DNA of 64,000 bases from the NCBI GenBank assembly GCA_963749655.1, contig CAVVOB010000012.1:160001-224000 (forward strand), written 5' to 3'. The notes under the pieces were generated by a model that ran no database searches, had not been told where the DNA came from, and saw only the letters and a program-made list of their open reading frames with translations. This document shows positions 1 through 9,963 of the stretch, piece after piece (within the stretch, counting starts at the first letter, position 1; each line of letters opens with the position of its first letter). Origin of the DNA: Nitrospirota bacterium. Its GTDB lineage: Bacteria > Nitrospirota > UBA9217. A program made the position numbers and the translations under genes.

Positions 1-76
1 AAGCGTCGCCGCGCTGTTATTTTTTCCCGAAGTATGGTACTCTTCTTCCAGAGGTGAGGTGCGCCTCTATTCTTCC

Positions 77-1138
77 ATGGCAGACCCTCTCATTCCCATA
101 GAATACGACCGCCTCAGGACCGGGCACATCCTCCGGGCAACGGCGGCCAATGCCGTCATCAATACCCTGATAGCCGTTATCCTCTACGGGATCGGGTACC
201 GGGATTTTGTCTCCACCCTGATCTTTTCCCAGTGCATCGGCATGTCCATTTTTTTTGCCAACGTGGCAGTACTCCCCCTGTTCCGAAAGGTCGCCCGGCC
301 GGCATATCAGGTCCTGTTCGTCATAGCGGCTGTAGCAGCGGGGGCGAGTTTCGGCACCCTGCTGGGGGCGTTGGCAAACGGGATGAATCCTCTTGTCTTT
401 GTGAGGGAGAACTTCTCCTATTTTGCCCAGATCGTTTTCGTCGGCCTCTTTTTCGGATTCGTCATAAGCTATATCTTCATTTCTCTCGGCGTGATCTCCG
501 GGGAGAAGGTCAAGCGCCTTGAAGCGGAGAAGAACGGCGTGGAGGCCGAGCTTCGGCTGATCCAGTCCCAGATGGAGCCCCATTTCCTCTTCAATACGCT
601 CTCGAACGTCCTGAGCCTGATCGACACGGACCGCGAACAGGCGAAGCGCATGCTCGAGTCCTTTACGCTCTTTCTGCGCACGTCGCTCCTGACCGCGCGC
701 CGCAGGACCATCCCGCTGTCGCAGGAATGGGACATCGTACGGAACTACCTCCGGGTGTTTGAGGTCCGCATGGGGGACCGCCTGCGCTACCGGCTCGATC
801 TGCCCGACGATCTGCGCGATTTCCCGGTCCCGCCGCTGCTTGTTCAGCCGCTGGTCGAGAACGCGATCAAGCACGGGCTGGAACCTTCGCCCAAAGGCGG
901 GGAAATCACCGTCAGCGCCGTCCTCGACGGGGCGCTGGTCCGCATCATCGTCGTTGATTCAGGCATGGGCGTGAACGAAAGCGGCCCCGGAAACGGGATC
1001 AGCCTGGAAAACATCAGAAAGCGTCTGTCACTCGTGTATGGAGAACGGGCCCGGCTCCTCTTCGAGGAGAATGCGCCGAAGGGCATCCGGGTCGTCGTTG
1101 AGATACCCCATGAAACAGATACGAGCAATCATAGCTGA
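77..1138 (+). CDS. LytS/YehU-family sensor histidine kinase
   Basis: N-terminal TM helices; QMEPHFLFNTL and LVQPLVENAIKHG motifs; overlaps downstream LytTR regulator. Confidence 0.92.
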   Translation: MADPLIPIEYDRLRTGHILRATAANAVINTLIAVILYGIGYRDFVSTLIFSQCIGMSIFFANVAVLPLFRKVARPAYQVLFVIAAVAAGASFGTLLGALANGMNPLVFVRENFSYFAQIVFVGLFFGFVISYIFISLGVISGEKVKRLEAEKNGVEAELRLIQSQMEPHFLFNTLSNVLSLIDTDREQAKRMLESFTLFLRTSLLTARRRTIPLSQEWDIVRNYLRVFEVRMGDRLRYRLDLPDDLRDFPVPPLLVQPLVENAIKHGLEPSPKGGEITVSAVLDGALVRIIVVDSGMGVNESGPGNGISLENIRKRLSLVYGERARLLFEENAPKGIRVVVEIPHETDTSNHS

Positions 1139-1868
1139 CGATGAAGAGGCGCTCCGCGGTCATCTGAAGCGAAGACTAACGGCCCTCTGGCCCGGCGTCA
1201 GGATCGTCGGCGAGGCGCGGGACGGCGAAGAGGCGCTTAAGCTCATTGCGGATGCAAAACCCGACGTCGCCTTCCTGGACATCAGAATGCCGGGGCTTAC
1301 GGGAATCGAGGTTGCCCGGAAGACAGCCGGGTCCTGCCTGTTCGTTTTCGTGACCGCCTTCGACCGGTACGCTGTCGAGGCCTTTGAACAAGGGGCGCTC
1401 GATTATCTTCTGAAACCGGTGATCGACGAACGACTGAAGAAGACCATCGAACGCCTCGACGCCCGGCTGTCAACAGGATCAACGCCGCCCGACATCGCCG
1501 GCGTGCTCGATAAAGTGTCTCAGGCCCTCAAGCAGGCGCCGGCGCATTTGCAGTGGATCAAAGCCCAGCACAAGGACGGTGTGCGGCTCATCCCCATTGC
1601 CGATGTCCTGTTTTTCCGGGCAACGGACAAGTACACCACGGTCCGGTCCAAAGATGGCGAGTTCCTGATCCGGAAGAGCATCAAGGACCTCGAAGAGGAG
1701 CTCGATCCCGAGCAGTTCTGGCGCGTGCACCGGGCGGCCATCGTGAACGTCAAGGCGATCCAGACCGTCAGCCGCTCCGTGGCCGGGACGTTCGATATAA
1801 GGTTCAGGGACATACCTGACCGTCTCACCGTCAGCCGGGCCTATGCTCATCTTTTTAAACAGATGTAG
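1110..1868 (+). CDS. LytTR-family response regulator
   Basis: REC domain (IIADDE, FLDIRMPG, VTAFD, YLLKP) plus LytTR domain (FWRVHRAAIVN, VSR); ATG at 1110. Confidence 0.95.
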   Translation: MKQIRAIIADDEEALRGHLKRRLTALWPGVRIVGEARDGEEALKLIADAKPDVAFLDIRMPGLTGIEVARKTAGSCLFVFVTAFDRYAVEAFEQGALDYLLKPVIDERLKKTIERLDARLSTGSTPPDIAGVLDKVSQALKQAPAHLQWIKAQHKDGVRLIPIADVLFFRATDKYTTVRSKDGEFLIRKSIKDLEEELDPEQFWRVHRAAIVNVKAIQTVSRSVAGTFDIRFRDIPDRLTVSRAYAHLFKQM

Positions 1869-1974
1869 CGAGCCGCAGCCTTTACTTTGATATTTATTTC
1901 CGCGGCCTGATGAGGTAATTTAAGGCAGGCTTTAAATCCAGAAAGAAACGCGAATCCGCAAGCGGGAGATTGCC

Positions 1975-2811
1975 ATGACCGATGACCTGATGAAAAACGG
2001 CGCTGCTCCGACCTGAGCGCCCTCGGGCGGCGCTGGAAGCTGCCGCTTGGATTTTGCCAAACTATCACCTGCCCCGGTTCCTGATATCGTTGAGATCAGA
2101 ACAACCATCAGGAACAAATATTCCGAGGTGTCCGTATCAGCAGCAGGAAAGTTCCTCTATCCCACGGGCAGGGAAGGCGCAAAAGCATTGGGCTACGACG
2201 CCGCTGTCCTGGAACGAGCTCCGGAGGGATTTTTCGAATCCTTCTGCGGCGTCGGCAACCCGTTCACTCTGGGGCCGATTCGGTCCGGCGATTCGGTGCT
2301 CGATGTCGGCTGCGGAGCAGGCTTCGACCTTTTTGTCGCTAGCCGGCTGGTGGGGGAAAGCGGCCGCGTCGTGGGCATTGATCTGACTGACGAGATGGCG
2401 GCGCGAGCCAAAGAGAACCTCGCCTCCGCAGACGCCGCGAACGTTGAAATCAGAGTAGTCGATTCGGAAATCATTCCCTCTACTGACGGCTCTTTTGATG
2501 TCGTGATCTCGAACGGCGTCATCAATCTTTCCCCCCGCAAGGAAACGACCTTCGGTGAAATATTCCGCGTGCTGAAATCAGGGGGCAGGCTGCAATTCGC
2601 CGATGTGGTCGTGGAAAACGATCTGCCCGCGCATCTGGCCGGAAGCGCCGAAGCCTGGTCCCAATGAATAGGCGGCACGGTCCCGGTCCGGGACCAGATC
2701 AGGCTGATGGAAGGGGCCGGCTTCGTCAACGTCGAATTCGCCGGTCTGACCGGCTTCCGCACATCGCAGTACACGGTCGGCGCCCTGTTCCGGGCGCGCA
2801 GGCCGGGGTGA
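1975..2811 (+). CDS. ArsM-like SAM-dependent methyltransferase, predicted selenoprotein with two UGA (Sec) codons
   Basis: GGGAGA RBS then ATG 1975 in frame with ORF 2047-2667; in-frame TGA at 2014 and 2665; SFCGVGNP, VLDVGCGAG and DVVISNGVINL motifs; after 2665 the frame continues IGGTVPVRDQIRLMEGAGF... to TGA 2809-2811. Confidence 0.85.
2027..2046 (+). promoter_or_regulatory. Putative SECIS hairpin for UGA 2014
   Basis: GCGGC-GCT-GGA-AGC-T-GCCGC; stem starts 10 nt after the UGA, G-containing apical loop. Confidence 0.55.
2679..2695 (+). promoter_or_regulatory. Putative SECIS hairpin for UGA 2665
   Basis: GGTCCCGG-T-CCGGGACC; stem starts 11 nt after the UGA with a GGUC-type apex, as in E. 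coli fdhF SECIS geometry. Confidence 0.75.
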
Positions 2812-2882
2812 GGCGGGGAACAGGTTCTATGGATGATTTTATAATAGAACAGATGAGCCTGCTGTCATCGCAATGCAATTTC

Positions 2883-2961
2883 ACCACGGATGAACACGGA
2901 TGCACACGGATAAATAACAACTTCTTGGTTTGATCCGTGGCCATCAGTGTTAATCCGTGGT
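2883..2961. repeat. Intergenic element: 10-bp tandem units (CACGGAT core) and their inverted copies
   Basis: ACCACGGATG AACACGGATG CACACGGATA ... ATCCGTGGCC ATCAGTGTTA ATCCGTGGT. Confidence 0.85.
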
Positions 2962-3098
2962 AATAAATGCTTTAGATCTTGTTGCCATTTTGAGAAAATT
3001 TTATTCGTAACAGCCTAAAAGCCCGTTTTACCTGACGGGATTTCCGCGTGGGCGCCATGTAAGGTAATCAACCCCGAACCTCCTCTGAGCGTACCTGT

Positions 3099-3185
3099 CC
3101 GTTCATCCCCCATAATTACCGTTCATCCCATCATTCTGCCGTCTGTCGCAAACCGTTTGAAACCTTCATTCCTTCACGATATAGT
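3099..3185 (+). promoter_or_regulatory. LytTR-type direct repeats and sigma70 promoter
   Basis: CCGTTCATCCC at 3099 and 3119, degenerate CCGTCTGTCGC at 3139 (20-bp period); TTGAAA(3157)-N17-TATAGT(3180). Confidence 0.7.
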
Positions 3186-3233
3186 TCACTCAGAACATGA
3201 GAAGAGGCTTTGATCCGCACGATGGAGGTTGCC

Positions 3234-3908
3234 ATGAACATTCTCGAATTCCGGAAAGTTATAAAGGACTACCGTCTCGGAGAAACCGTGGTTCATGCCC
3301 TGCGGGGCGTTGACCTCGGAATCGAGCAGGGCGAGTTCATCGCCGTTCTTGGGGCCTCGGGCAGCGGCAAGACCACGCTGCTGAATCTCGCAGGCGCGGT
3401 GGACGATCCCACGGAAGGCAGCGTCCTGATCGCGGGCAAGGACATCGCGGGGCTGTCGGACAATCAGAAAGCGGACCTCAGGAACCGGACCGTCGGGTTC
3501 ATCTTCCAGACCTTCAACCTGATCCCCGTGCTGTCGGCCCTGGAGAACGTCATGTTCTCGCTCCAGATCCGGGGCGGCACGTGGTCGAGCATCAAAAAGG
3601 AAGCAGCGCAGCGGCTGGACGACGTGGGGCTTGCGGACTTCATGAATCACCGGCCGGACAAACTGTCAGGCGGACAGCGGCAGCGGGTGGCGATCGCCCG
3701 GGCATTGATCACGAAGCCCCAGCTGATCCTTGCCGACGAGCCCACGGCGAACCTGGACCATGAAACCGCGCAGTCCATCATCGACCTGATGAAGGACCTG
3801 AACGAACGGGAAAAGGTCACCTTTGTTTTCTCGACCCACGACCAGCGCCTGATCAACGAGGTGAAGCGCGTCGTGCGGATCGACGACGGAAAGATCGTGA
3901 ATGCTTGA
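3234..3908 (+). CDS. ABC transporter ATP-binding protein (LolD/MacB type)
   Basis: GASGSGKT Walker [19 protein letters not shown]; GGAGG RBS. Confidence 0.95.
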   Translation: MNILEFRKVIKDYRLGETVVHALRGVDLGIEQGEFIAVLGASGSGKTTLLNLAGAVDDPTEGSVLIAGKDIAGLSDNQKADLRNRTVGFIFQTFNLIPVLSALENVMFSLQIRGGTWSSIKKEAAQRLDDVGLADFMNHRPDKLSGGQRQRVAIARALITKPQLILADEPTANLDHETAQSIIDLMKDLNEREKVTFVFSTHDQRLINEVKRVVRIDDGKIVNA

Positions 3909-3930
3909 CTGCGGAAACAATGGCACCGCT

Positions 3931-4003
3931 TTTGACGGGATAACAGGATTTACAGGATCAAGTATGCTGCGGATTTTATCCGACGTTATCCTGTAATCCT
4001 GTC
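3931..4003. repeat. Intergenic inverted repeat of 9-bp units (ACAGGAT / ATCCTGT)
   Basis: GACGGGATAACAGGATTTACAGGAT ... ATCCTGTAATCCTGTC. Confidence 0.6.
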
Positions 4004-4040
4004 GAAGATTTGCCGGTTCGTTGTATACAAGGAGGCACTT

Positions 4041-5288
4041 ATGCTCATGTGGCTGACCATATCACTCAGGAACATCGTCAAGAACGGCAGGCGGAGCCTG
4101 ACCACGATCCTCGCGATCGGCCTGGGATATGCCGCGATCAATCTTTTTCAGGGTTACGTGCACAGCACATACCTCGGCCTGACCAATGCCGCGATCCACG
4201 GCGAAGGTCTGGGACATATCACCATATTCAAGAAGGGCTATCTCGACCAGGGAAAGCTGCACCCCGAGAAGTTCCAGTTCAGCCGCGACGAGGTGGAGCG
4301 CATCTCCGGGCTCATCAAACAGCGTCCCGACGTGGAGCTGGTCACCCCGAGGCTGTCCGTAGCAGGCATCATTTCGAACGGCAGGAACTCGACGATCTTC
4401 ATTTCCCAGGGCCTGGTGCCGTCCGATGATGTAAAGATCAGGGGGGACCTGACGAAATACACGTCCTTTACCGGGTCCTACCTGAAGGACGATGAACGGA
4501 CCGGGGTGGTGATCGGGTCCGAGCTGGCCGGGATGCTGAATCTCAAGGCGGGAAGCGACGCCGTGATCCTGAGCAACTCCTATACAGGCATGGCGAACGC
4601 CCTCGATGTCAAGGTCCTGGGCGTCTACAACACCGGGGCAACGGCCACGAACGATAAAATGGTGCTCATGACCTATCCCCACGCCCAGAACCTCGTTGAT
4701 TTTCCCGGCGCCGAACGTCTGGTAGTGCTGCTCAAGAACGGCGGAAACGGGACTGCAGCTTCCGTTGCCGCAGAGCAGATCAACCGGATGCTGACCGGGG
4801 CGGGGTTCGGCGTGGAGATCAAGACCTGGAACCAGCTGTCGGTGTTCTACAACCAGGTAAAGAACCTTTTTGACATGATCTTCCTGTTCATCTTCTCGAT
4901 CGTCCTGGTGATCGTGATCATGAGCGTGATCAACACCATGAGCGTGTCGGTCATGGAGCGGACGCGGGAGATCGGTACCATGCGGGCGCTGGGGCTCAAG
5001 CGCTACGGCGTCAAGTTCCTCTTCGCTACAGAAGGAGTGCTTCTCGGCATCCTGGGCAGCATCGTCGGCAGCGCCGTCTTCTTCACAGTTTATGCGATCA
5101 TCACGGCGACCCATCCGACGTACATCCCGCCGGCCTCGTCCAATCCGGTGCCGCTCCGGGTGGACCTCGTCTGGCCGCTCCTGGTGCGGAGCGTGTTCTT
5201 TATGTCGCTGTTGTCCCTTGTTTCAGCCTATGTTCCGGCGCGGCGTTCGGCCCGGATGGCGGTGGTTGATGCACTGGGGCATATTTGA
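4041..5288 (+). CDS. ABC transporter permease (LolC/E, FtsX-like)
   Basis: RNIVKNGRRS N-terminus, ERTREIGTMRALG motif, 4 TM layout. Confidence 0.93.
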   Translation: MLMWLTISLRNIVKNGRRSLTTILAIGLGYAAINLFQGYVHSTYLGLTNAAIHGEGLGHITIFKKGYLDQGKLHPEKFQFSRDEVERISGLIKQRPDVELVTPRLSVAGIISNGRNSTIFISQGLVPSDDVKIRGDLTKYTSFTGSYLKDDERTGVVIGSELAGMLNLKAGSDAVILSNSYTGMANALDVKVLGVYNTGATATNDKMVLMTYPHAQNLVDFPGAERLVVLLKNGGNGTAASVAAEQINRMLTGAGFGVEIKTWNQLSVFYNQVKNLFDMIFLFIFSIVLVIVIMSVINTMSVSVMERTREIGTMRALGLKRYGVKFLFATEGVLLGILGSIVGSAVFFTVYAIITATHPTYIPPASSNPVPLRVDLVWPLLVRSVFFMSLLSLVSAYVPARRSARMAVVDALGHI

Positions 5289-5304
5289 AACGAAGAAAGC
5301 AGGT

Positions 5305-5383
5305 AACCACAGATGAACACGGATAAACACGGATAACAGCGAAGTTCTTTCCCTTGTGGTCTCAACCGTGTTCATCCGTGGTT
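5305..5383. repeat. 10-bp-unit inverted repeat element (same family as 2883)
   Basis: AACCACAGATGAACACGGATAAACACGGAT ... CCGTGTTCATCCGTGGTT. Confidence 0.85.
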
Positions 5384-5413
5384 CCAACTGTTTTGAATCG
5401 GAGGTGATCGATC

Positions 5414-6247
5414 ATGAAAACGAGTATAAAAACAACGGAACCGAAAACGGTTCTTATTACCGGAGCATCATCAGGATTCGGCAAGGCAACGGCCGAAGTG
5501 CTGGTGCACGAGGGATATCGTGTGTTCGGAACGAGCAGGCAGGGCGGCATCGTTGCGGGTGGATATGAACTGCTGCCCCTCGACGTGAGGGATTCGGCAT
5601 CGGTGCAGGCCTGTGTCGAAGCCGTGCTTGCGAAAACAGGGCGTATCGACATCCTGATCAATAACGCGGGCTACGAGCTTTCCGGAGCACTGGAGGAAAC
5701 GGCCGTGGAAGAGGCGAAGGCTCAGTTCGAGACGAACTTCTTCGGCGTCCTGCGCATGACCAACGCTGTTCTGCCGGTGATGCGGGAGCAGCGCGAAGGC
5801 AGGATCATCAATATCGGCTCGCTCGCAGGACTGGTGGCGGTCCCGTTCCACGGGATGTACAGCGCGAGCAAATACGCTCTCGAAGGCTACAGCGAGGCGC
5901 TGCGGCAGGAAGTGAGGCCTTTCAATATCCACGTAAGTCTTATCGAACCGGGATTCTCCAGTACGAATCTGGCGCGGGCGGCCATGCAGAGCAGGCAGCT
6001 GATCGGAGAGTATGCGCCCATGCGCGAACGGATCTTCCCGGTTTTTAAAGAGTCGATCGCTTCAGGCCAGCCGCCGGAAGCTGTCGCGCGAATCGTTCTT
6101 TCCGCGATCAAGAAGCAGTCGCCGCGGCTGCGGTATCGCGTGGGCGGCGATTCCGTCTGGCTGCCGAGGCTCAAGATGGTAGCGAGCGAGGGGCAGTTCG
6201 AGGCCGGGGTGAGACGGAAGTTCCATCTGGATGGGCCGGTGGGTTGA
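5414..6247 (+). CDS. Short-chain dehydrogenase/reductase
   Basis: TGASSGFG, NNAG and YSASK motifs. Confidence 0.95.
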   Translation: MKTSIKTTEPKTVLITGASSGFGKATAEVLVHEGYRVFGTSRQGGIVAGGYELLPLDVRDSASVQACVEAVLAKTGRIDILINNAGYELSGALEETAVEEAKAQFETNFFGVLRMTNAVLPVMREQREGRIINIGSLAGLVAVPFHGMYSASKYALEGYSEALRQEVRPFNIHVSLIEPGFSSTNLARAAMQSRQLIGEYAPMRERIFPVFKESIASGQPPEAVARIVLSAIKKQSPRLRYRVGGDSVWLPRLKMVASEGQFEAGVRRKFHLDGPVG

Positions 6248-6267
6248 GACCTCAGTAATGTCTCATG

Positions 6268-6346
6268 CCGTCATTCCGGACTTGATCCGGAATCCAGAGA
6301 TTTTTAAAAAAGATTCCCTGGATTCCTGCTTTCGCAGGAATGACGG
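6268..6346. repeat. REP-like palindrome doublet (GTCATTCC family)
   Basis: CCGTCATTCCGGACTTGATCCGGAATCC ... GGATTCCTGCTTTCGCAGGAATGACGG; second copy near 62878. Confidence 0.8.
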
Positions 6347-6394
6347 ATCAGGAGGCTTCACTTTCGTACGGTTCCACCATTTTCAGGAGGGCAT

Positions 6395-6910
6395 ATGAAA
6401 TACAGTATTTTGATCGTAATGGCCTTTCTTCTGCCTGTTTTAGCGGAAAGCGGGACAGTGGTAAATGCCAAAGCACCCGGCTTCTCCCTGCCGGACCAGC
6501 GCGATAATCAGATCACCCTGAGCAAGCTCGAGGGAAGAGTCGTTGTCCTGGTGGCAAGCGATAAGGAAGGTATGAAGCTGAATCCTGCGTGGCGGAAGGC
6601 CATCGCCGACCGCTACGGGGACCGGGTTTTGAGGCAGGGGGTCGCAGACGTCAGAAAGGTCCCTTTCTTTCTGAAAGGATCGTACAAACGGGATTTTCAA
6701 AAGGACCCTGAAAGCATCATTCTCGACTGGAAGGGTGAGCTATTCACGGCCTTTGGTCTCAGGGAAAATGTGTCCAATATCGTTCTCATCGACAAAAAAG
6801 GATATGTGCGGTATCTGCATTCCGGAGGCGCCGAGCAAGGCGCTGTCGATGATCTGTTCAAAGAAATCGACCTGTCTCTTGCATCGCGGGAGACCGGGTC
6901 CGGGAGGTGA
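6395..6910 (+). CDS. Exported redoxin-fold / YtfJ-like protein lacking Cys
   Basis: Signal peptide, APGFSLPDQ, IILDWKG, IVLIDKKG. Confidence 0.7.
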   Translation: MKYSILIVMAFLLPVLAESGTVVNAKAPGFSLPDQRDNQITLSKLEGRVVVLVASDKEGMKLNPAWRKAIADRYGDRVLRQGVADVRKVPFFLKGSYKRDFQKDPESIILDWKGELFTAFGLRENVSNIVLIDKKGYVRYLHSGGAEQGAVDDLFKEIDLSLASRETGSGR

Positions 6911-6915
6911 TGACC

Positions 6916-7668
6916 ATGAAACGCGCAGTCGAAATACTGTTCGGTTTTATGCTTCTGCTGTACCTCGTGACCAGGTTCGCTTACGGAGAGGAGCCCGCGG
7001 CAAAGGATATCCTTCAGCACGCGGACCGCGCCCGGGGCAATATCGGCGGGATCATCTGGGATATAGCGATCATGACCGACGAGGACGGAACGAAAGAAAC
7101 GCGGGGGTTGACCGTGAAGGTGAAGGGAAACAATACGCTCGCACGGTATACAGCGCCTGCGAACATGAACGACCGGATGGTCCTGATGGCCGACCGGAAC
7201 ATGTGGTTCATCCGGTCGGGCCTCAAGAAGCCGGTGTCCATTTCGCCGCGCCAGAAGCTCATGGGAGACGCTGCGAACGGCGATATCGCTTCCACGAACT
7301 ACGCGGGAGATTATCGCGCCAGGGTAACGGACGAGGAGGTCGTACAGGGAGAGGACTGTTATGTGCTTGACCTGACCGCAGCTGGGAAGAATGTCACCTA
7401 TGACCGGATCAAATATTGGGTATCGAAAACGCGGCTTGTGGGAGTGAAGGCTGAATTTTATACCTTGTCCGGCAAGCTCTTCAAAACCGCAGACTTCAAG
7501 TACGACAATCGCGTTAAAGCAGAGGGGGGTGAGGAGATTCCCTTTGTCTCCAGGCTTGTAATCAGGGACGCGATCCAGAAGGACCGGACAACAACGATGA
7601 CCTATTCCAACATCAAGACCGAGCCGATCCCTGATTCCACGTTCAACCTGAATGTACTGGTACGGTAA
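6916..7668 (+). CDS. Outer membrane lipoprotein-sorting (LolA-like) protein
   Basis: Signal peptide, ISPRQKLMG, YDRIKYWV, EFYTLSGKLFKT; context with LolCDE-like ABC. Confidence 0.85.
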   Translation: MKRAVEILFGFMLLLYLVTRFAYGEEPAAKDILQHADRARGNIGGIIWDIAIMTDEDGTKETRGLTVKVKGNNTLARYTAPANMNDRMVLMADRNMWFIRSGLKKPVSISPRQKLMGDAANGDIASTNYAGDYRARVTDEEVVQGEDCYVLDLTAAGKNVTYDRIKYWVSKTRLVGVKAEFYTLSGKLFKTADFKYDNRVKAEGGEEIPFVSRLVIRDAIQKDRTTTMTYSNIKTEPIPDSTFNLNVLVR

Positions 7669-7701
7669 GAAACGTCAGCCATAACGAGAAAGGATGAACT
7701 G

Positions 7702-8211
7702 ATGAAGATATTGTGCGACCGCCTGCTCCTTCTGTACATCGCAGTGGCGGGAATTGTCTTGTTACCGCTATACGCAATGGCGGATGACGGAGATGTACTG
7801 GTCCGGCCGCATTTCGGGATCGGATTCGCGGATCTCGGCAGGGGAGAGAGCGGCACGAGTTTTCTTGCCGGGGCGCGCCTTCTCCAGGGTGCGAATGATT
7901 ACAAAAAGGCCGGTCTGGAAGCAACCTATATTGAAATGCATATAAGCAGGAACAGTAAAGAGGTCCGCTATATGGCGGCAGGCATCGTACTGGAGCAGAA
8001 GCTCCGGCACTGGTTCAATATGTCTATCGGAACGATCGGCTACTTCGGACTGAGTGACGGCGCGGCGAATACGCCCGGCATCGTTACGAACCTGGGATGG
8101 GAGCCGGACAGGACAGGCAAGTTCAAGCCCTTCGTCACCTATCGCGTAGATGCGATTTTTACGTCGCCGGTACGGCAGATCAGTTCACTGAGCATCGGCG
8201 CAAGCTGGTGA
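7702..8211 (+). CDS. Exported protein, probable small beta-barrel
   Basis: Signal peptide, alternating beta-strand pattern, C-terminal W. Confidence 0.65.
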   Translation: MKILCDRLLLLYIAVAGIVLLPLYAMADDGDVLVRPHFGIGFADLGRGESGTSFLAGARLLQGANDYKKAGLEATYIEMHISRNSKEVRYMAAGIVLEQKLRHWFNMSIGTIGYFGLSDGAANTPGIVTNLGWEPDRTGKFKPFVTYRVDAIFTSPVRQISSLSIGASW

Positions 8212-8310
8212 TGTCGTTCGGCTCGGACAAGTCGGAACTATACCGCGGAATCACCAGGCACAAGAGGAGCGAACAAGAATCCATTTAAAAGAGTTCGGAG
8301 GAATACTTCT

Positions 8311-8628
8311 ATGAAACAAGCGCATTCCTACAGGGTTCTCTGCTTCGCCGGCATCATAATACCGTGGTTTTTCCTCCTTCGATTCCTGAGCCGGCCTGAC
8401 GCTTCCGTCATGCTGTTCGTTACTTCCATTTTCACGAATTCGGTGGATACGGCCGTGGCTGCTGATCTTGTCGTCTCCGCAGGCGCATTTTTCGTCTATG
8501 CATTTTATGAAGGCAGGCGCCTCGGCATGAAGTATCTCTGGGTGTATATTCCCGCAACGCTCTTTGTGGGACTTTCATTCGGCCTGCCGTTGTTTCTTGC
8601 TATGCGCGCAAAGAAGATGGGAAGGTGA
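8311..8628 (+). CDS. DUF2834-like small membrane protein
   Basis: 3 TM helices; VGLSFGLPLFL motif; GGAGG RBS. Confidence 0.75.
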   Translation: MKQAHSYRVLCFAGIIIPWFFLLRFLSRPDASVMLFVTSIFTNSVDTAVAADLVVSAGAFFVYAFYEGRRLGMKYLWVYIPATLFVGLSFGLPLFLAMRAKKMGR

Positions 8629-8634
8629 GGCATT

Positions 8635-9936
8635 ATGAAGCAGGTCTTAGGAGCTTTTCTTCTCATGGCACTCTTCGGAACGCCGGTGCAGGCAGCGGAT
8701 GAGCAGGCGAAGAGATCGGACGGCCCTTTTTCCTATACGATCAACACGCTGTTTTTCGGCACAATGCAGGACCCCGCGCACTCGACCCAGAACCCGGACA
8801 ACGCTTTTCTGGACCTCTCCCGTTATTCCGGCGAGATCGACGTGAGGCCCGATTTCTACTATGACGGAGCGAACGTCAGCGCTCTGTTCAAACCGAGATT
8901 CACCTCAGCGCAGGAATTGTGGCAGGACGGCATTTCGAGGTGGAAAACCGATGCCCCGTCAAGGGCCTTTGTGAACGAATGGCGCATCCAGGCTTCGCCG
9001 GCATCTTCGCTCTTCATTTCCTTTGGCAAGGAAAAGCTGCTCTGGGGTCCGTCCTTTCTGGCAAGCCCCTCCAACATCCTGTTCAAGGACACGGAGAAGG
9101 TCAATCCCAAGGCCGAGGTCGAAGGCAAGTACCTGGCAAAGGCGATCTATGCGCCGGGTACAGCCCTGACGATCAACGTGATCGCAGAGACTCAAAACGA
9201 CGAGAACGATCGAGGCGAAACGCTCAAACCGGCCCAGGCAGTCAAGGCTGACCTCATGGGAGGCAATTATCTCGTGAGCCTCATCGGATATCATCGTCAG
9301 GACGACCGCTTCCGGATGGGCAGCTTCGGTCAGTGGACCGCATCGGATGCACTGGTCCTCTACTACGACGGGATCGTCACAAAGGGATCGGATGCGCTGT
9401 ATCCCGTCGAGGACCCATCCCAGCCGGTGGGCGGAACTTTCTCCGCAAAATATGACGATGCCTCAAGGCTGTTTCCCACGGTGACAGCGGGGGGCTCGTA
9501 TACCTTTCTGGGGGGATCGACCCTCAGCATGGAGTTTCTGTACAACGGACCGGGGTATGACGACGCTGAAGCTGCTGCATATTACAAGCTCAGACAGAGC
9601 GCCAGGGACCATTTTTTCGATGCAGGGCCATTGTCGGGCCTGTCGAAGCAGACCCTCGGCGAGTCATTCGGCACGGGGCTGGCCTTTTTGCGCAGGTACT
9701 ATCTCATGGGCCAATATCATGTTCCTGAGATCGGCAACGTACTGGATGTCATCGTGAGATATACCCGCGGCCTCGAAGAAGGGGCAGGGCAGGTGTCCTC
9801 CATCATCGAATGGCGGGTGTCGGACCGCGTCAGCCTGTTCAACGTCAACATGGCGGGTCTTGACCGGGGTAAAGAAAAAGAATTCAATTCACTTCTGAAC
9901 GACAGTTTCCAGGTGGGGGTCGAGGTGCATTTCTAG
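8635..9936 (+). CDS. Outer membrane beta-barrel protein
   Basis: Signal peptide, FGKEKLLWG, C-terminal GVEVHF. Confidence 0.75.
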   Translation: MKQVLGAFLLMALFGTPVQAADEQAKRSDGPFSYTINTLFFGTMQDPAHSTQNPDNAFLDLSRYSGEIDVRPDFYYDGANVSALFKPRFTSAQELWQDGISRWKTDAPSRAFVNEWRIQASPASSLFISFGKEKLLWGPSFLASPSNILFKDTEKVNPKAEVEGKYLAKAIYAPGTALTINVIAETQNDENDRGETLKPAQAVKADLMGGNYLVSLIGYHRQDDRFRMGSFGQWTASDALVLYYDGIVTKGSDALYPVEDPSQPVGGTFSAKYDDASRLFPTVTAGGSYTFLGGSTLSMEFLYNGPGYDDAEAAAYYKLRQSARDHFFDAGPLSGLSKQTLGESFGTGLAFLRRYYLMGQYHVPEIGNVLDVIVRYTRGLEEGAGQVSSIIEWRVSDRVSLFNVNMAGLDRGKEKEFNSLLNDSFQVGVEVHF

Positions 9937-9963
9937 GAGACTGGATCAAAACCGGAGTTTCTC

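Noticed and set aside
2883-2961. Short repeats as a CRISPR array
   Set aside because: Units are 10 bp, with no unique spacers and no cas genes.
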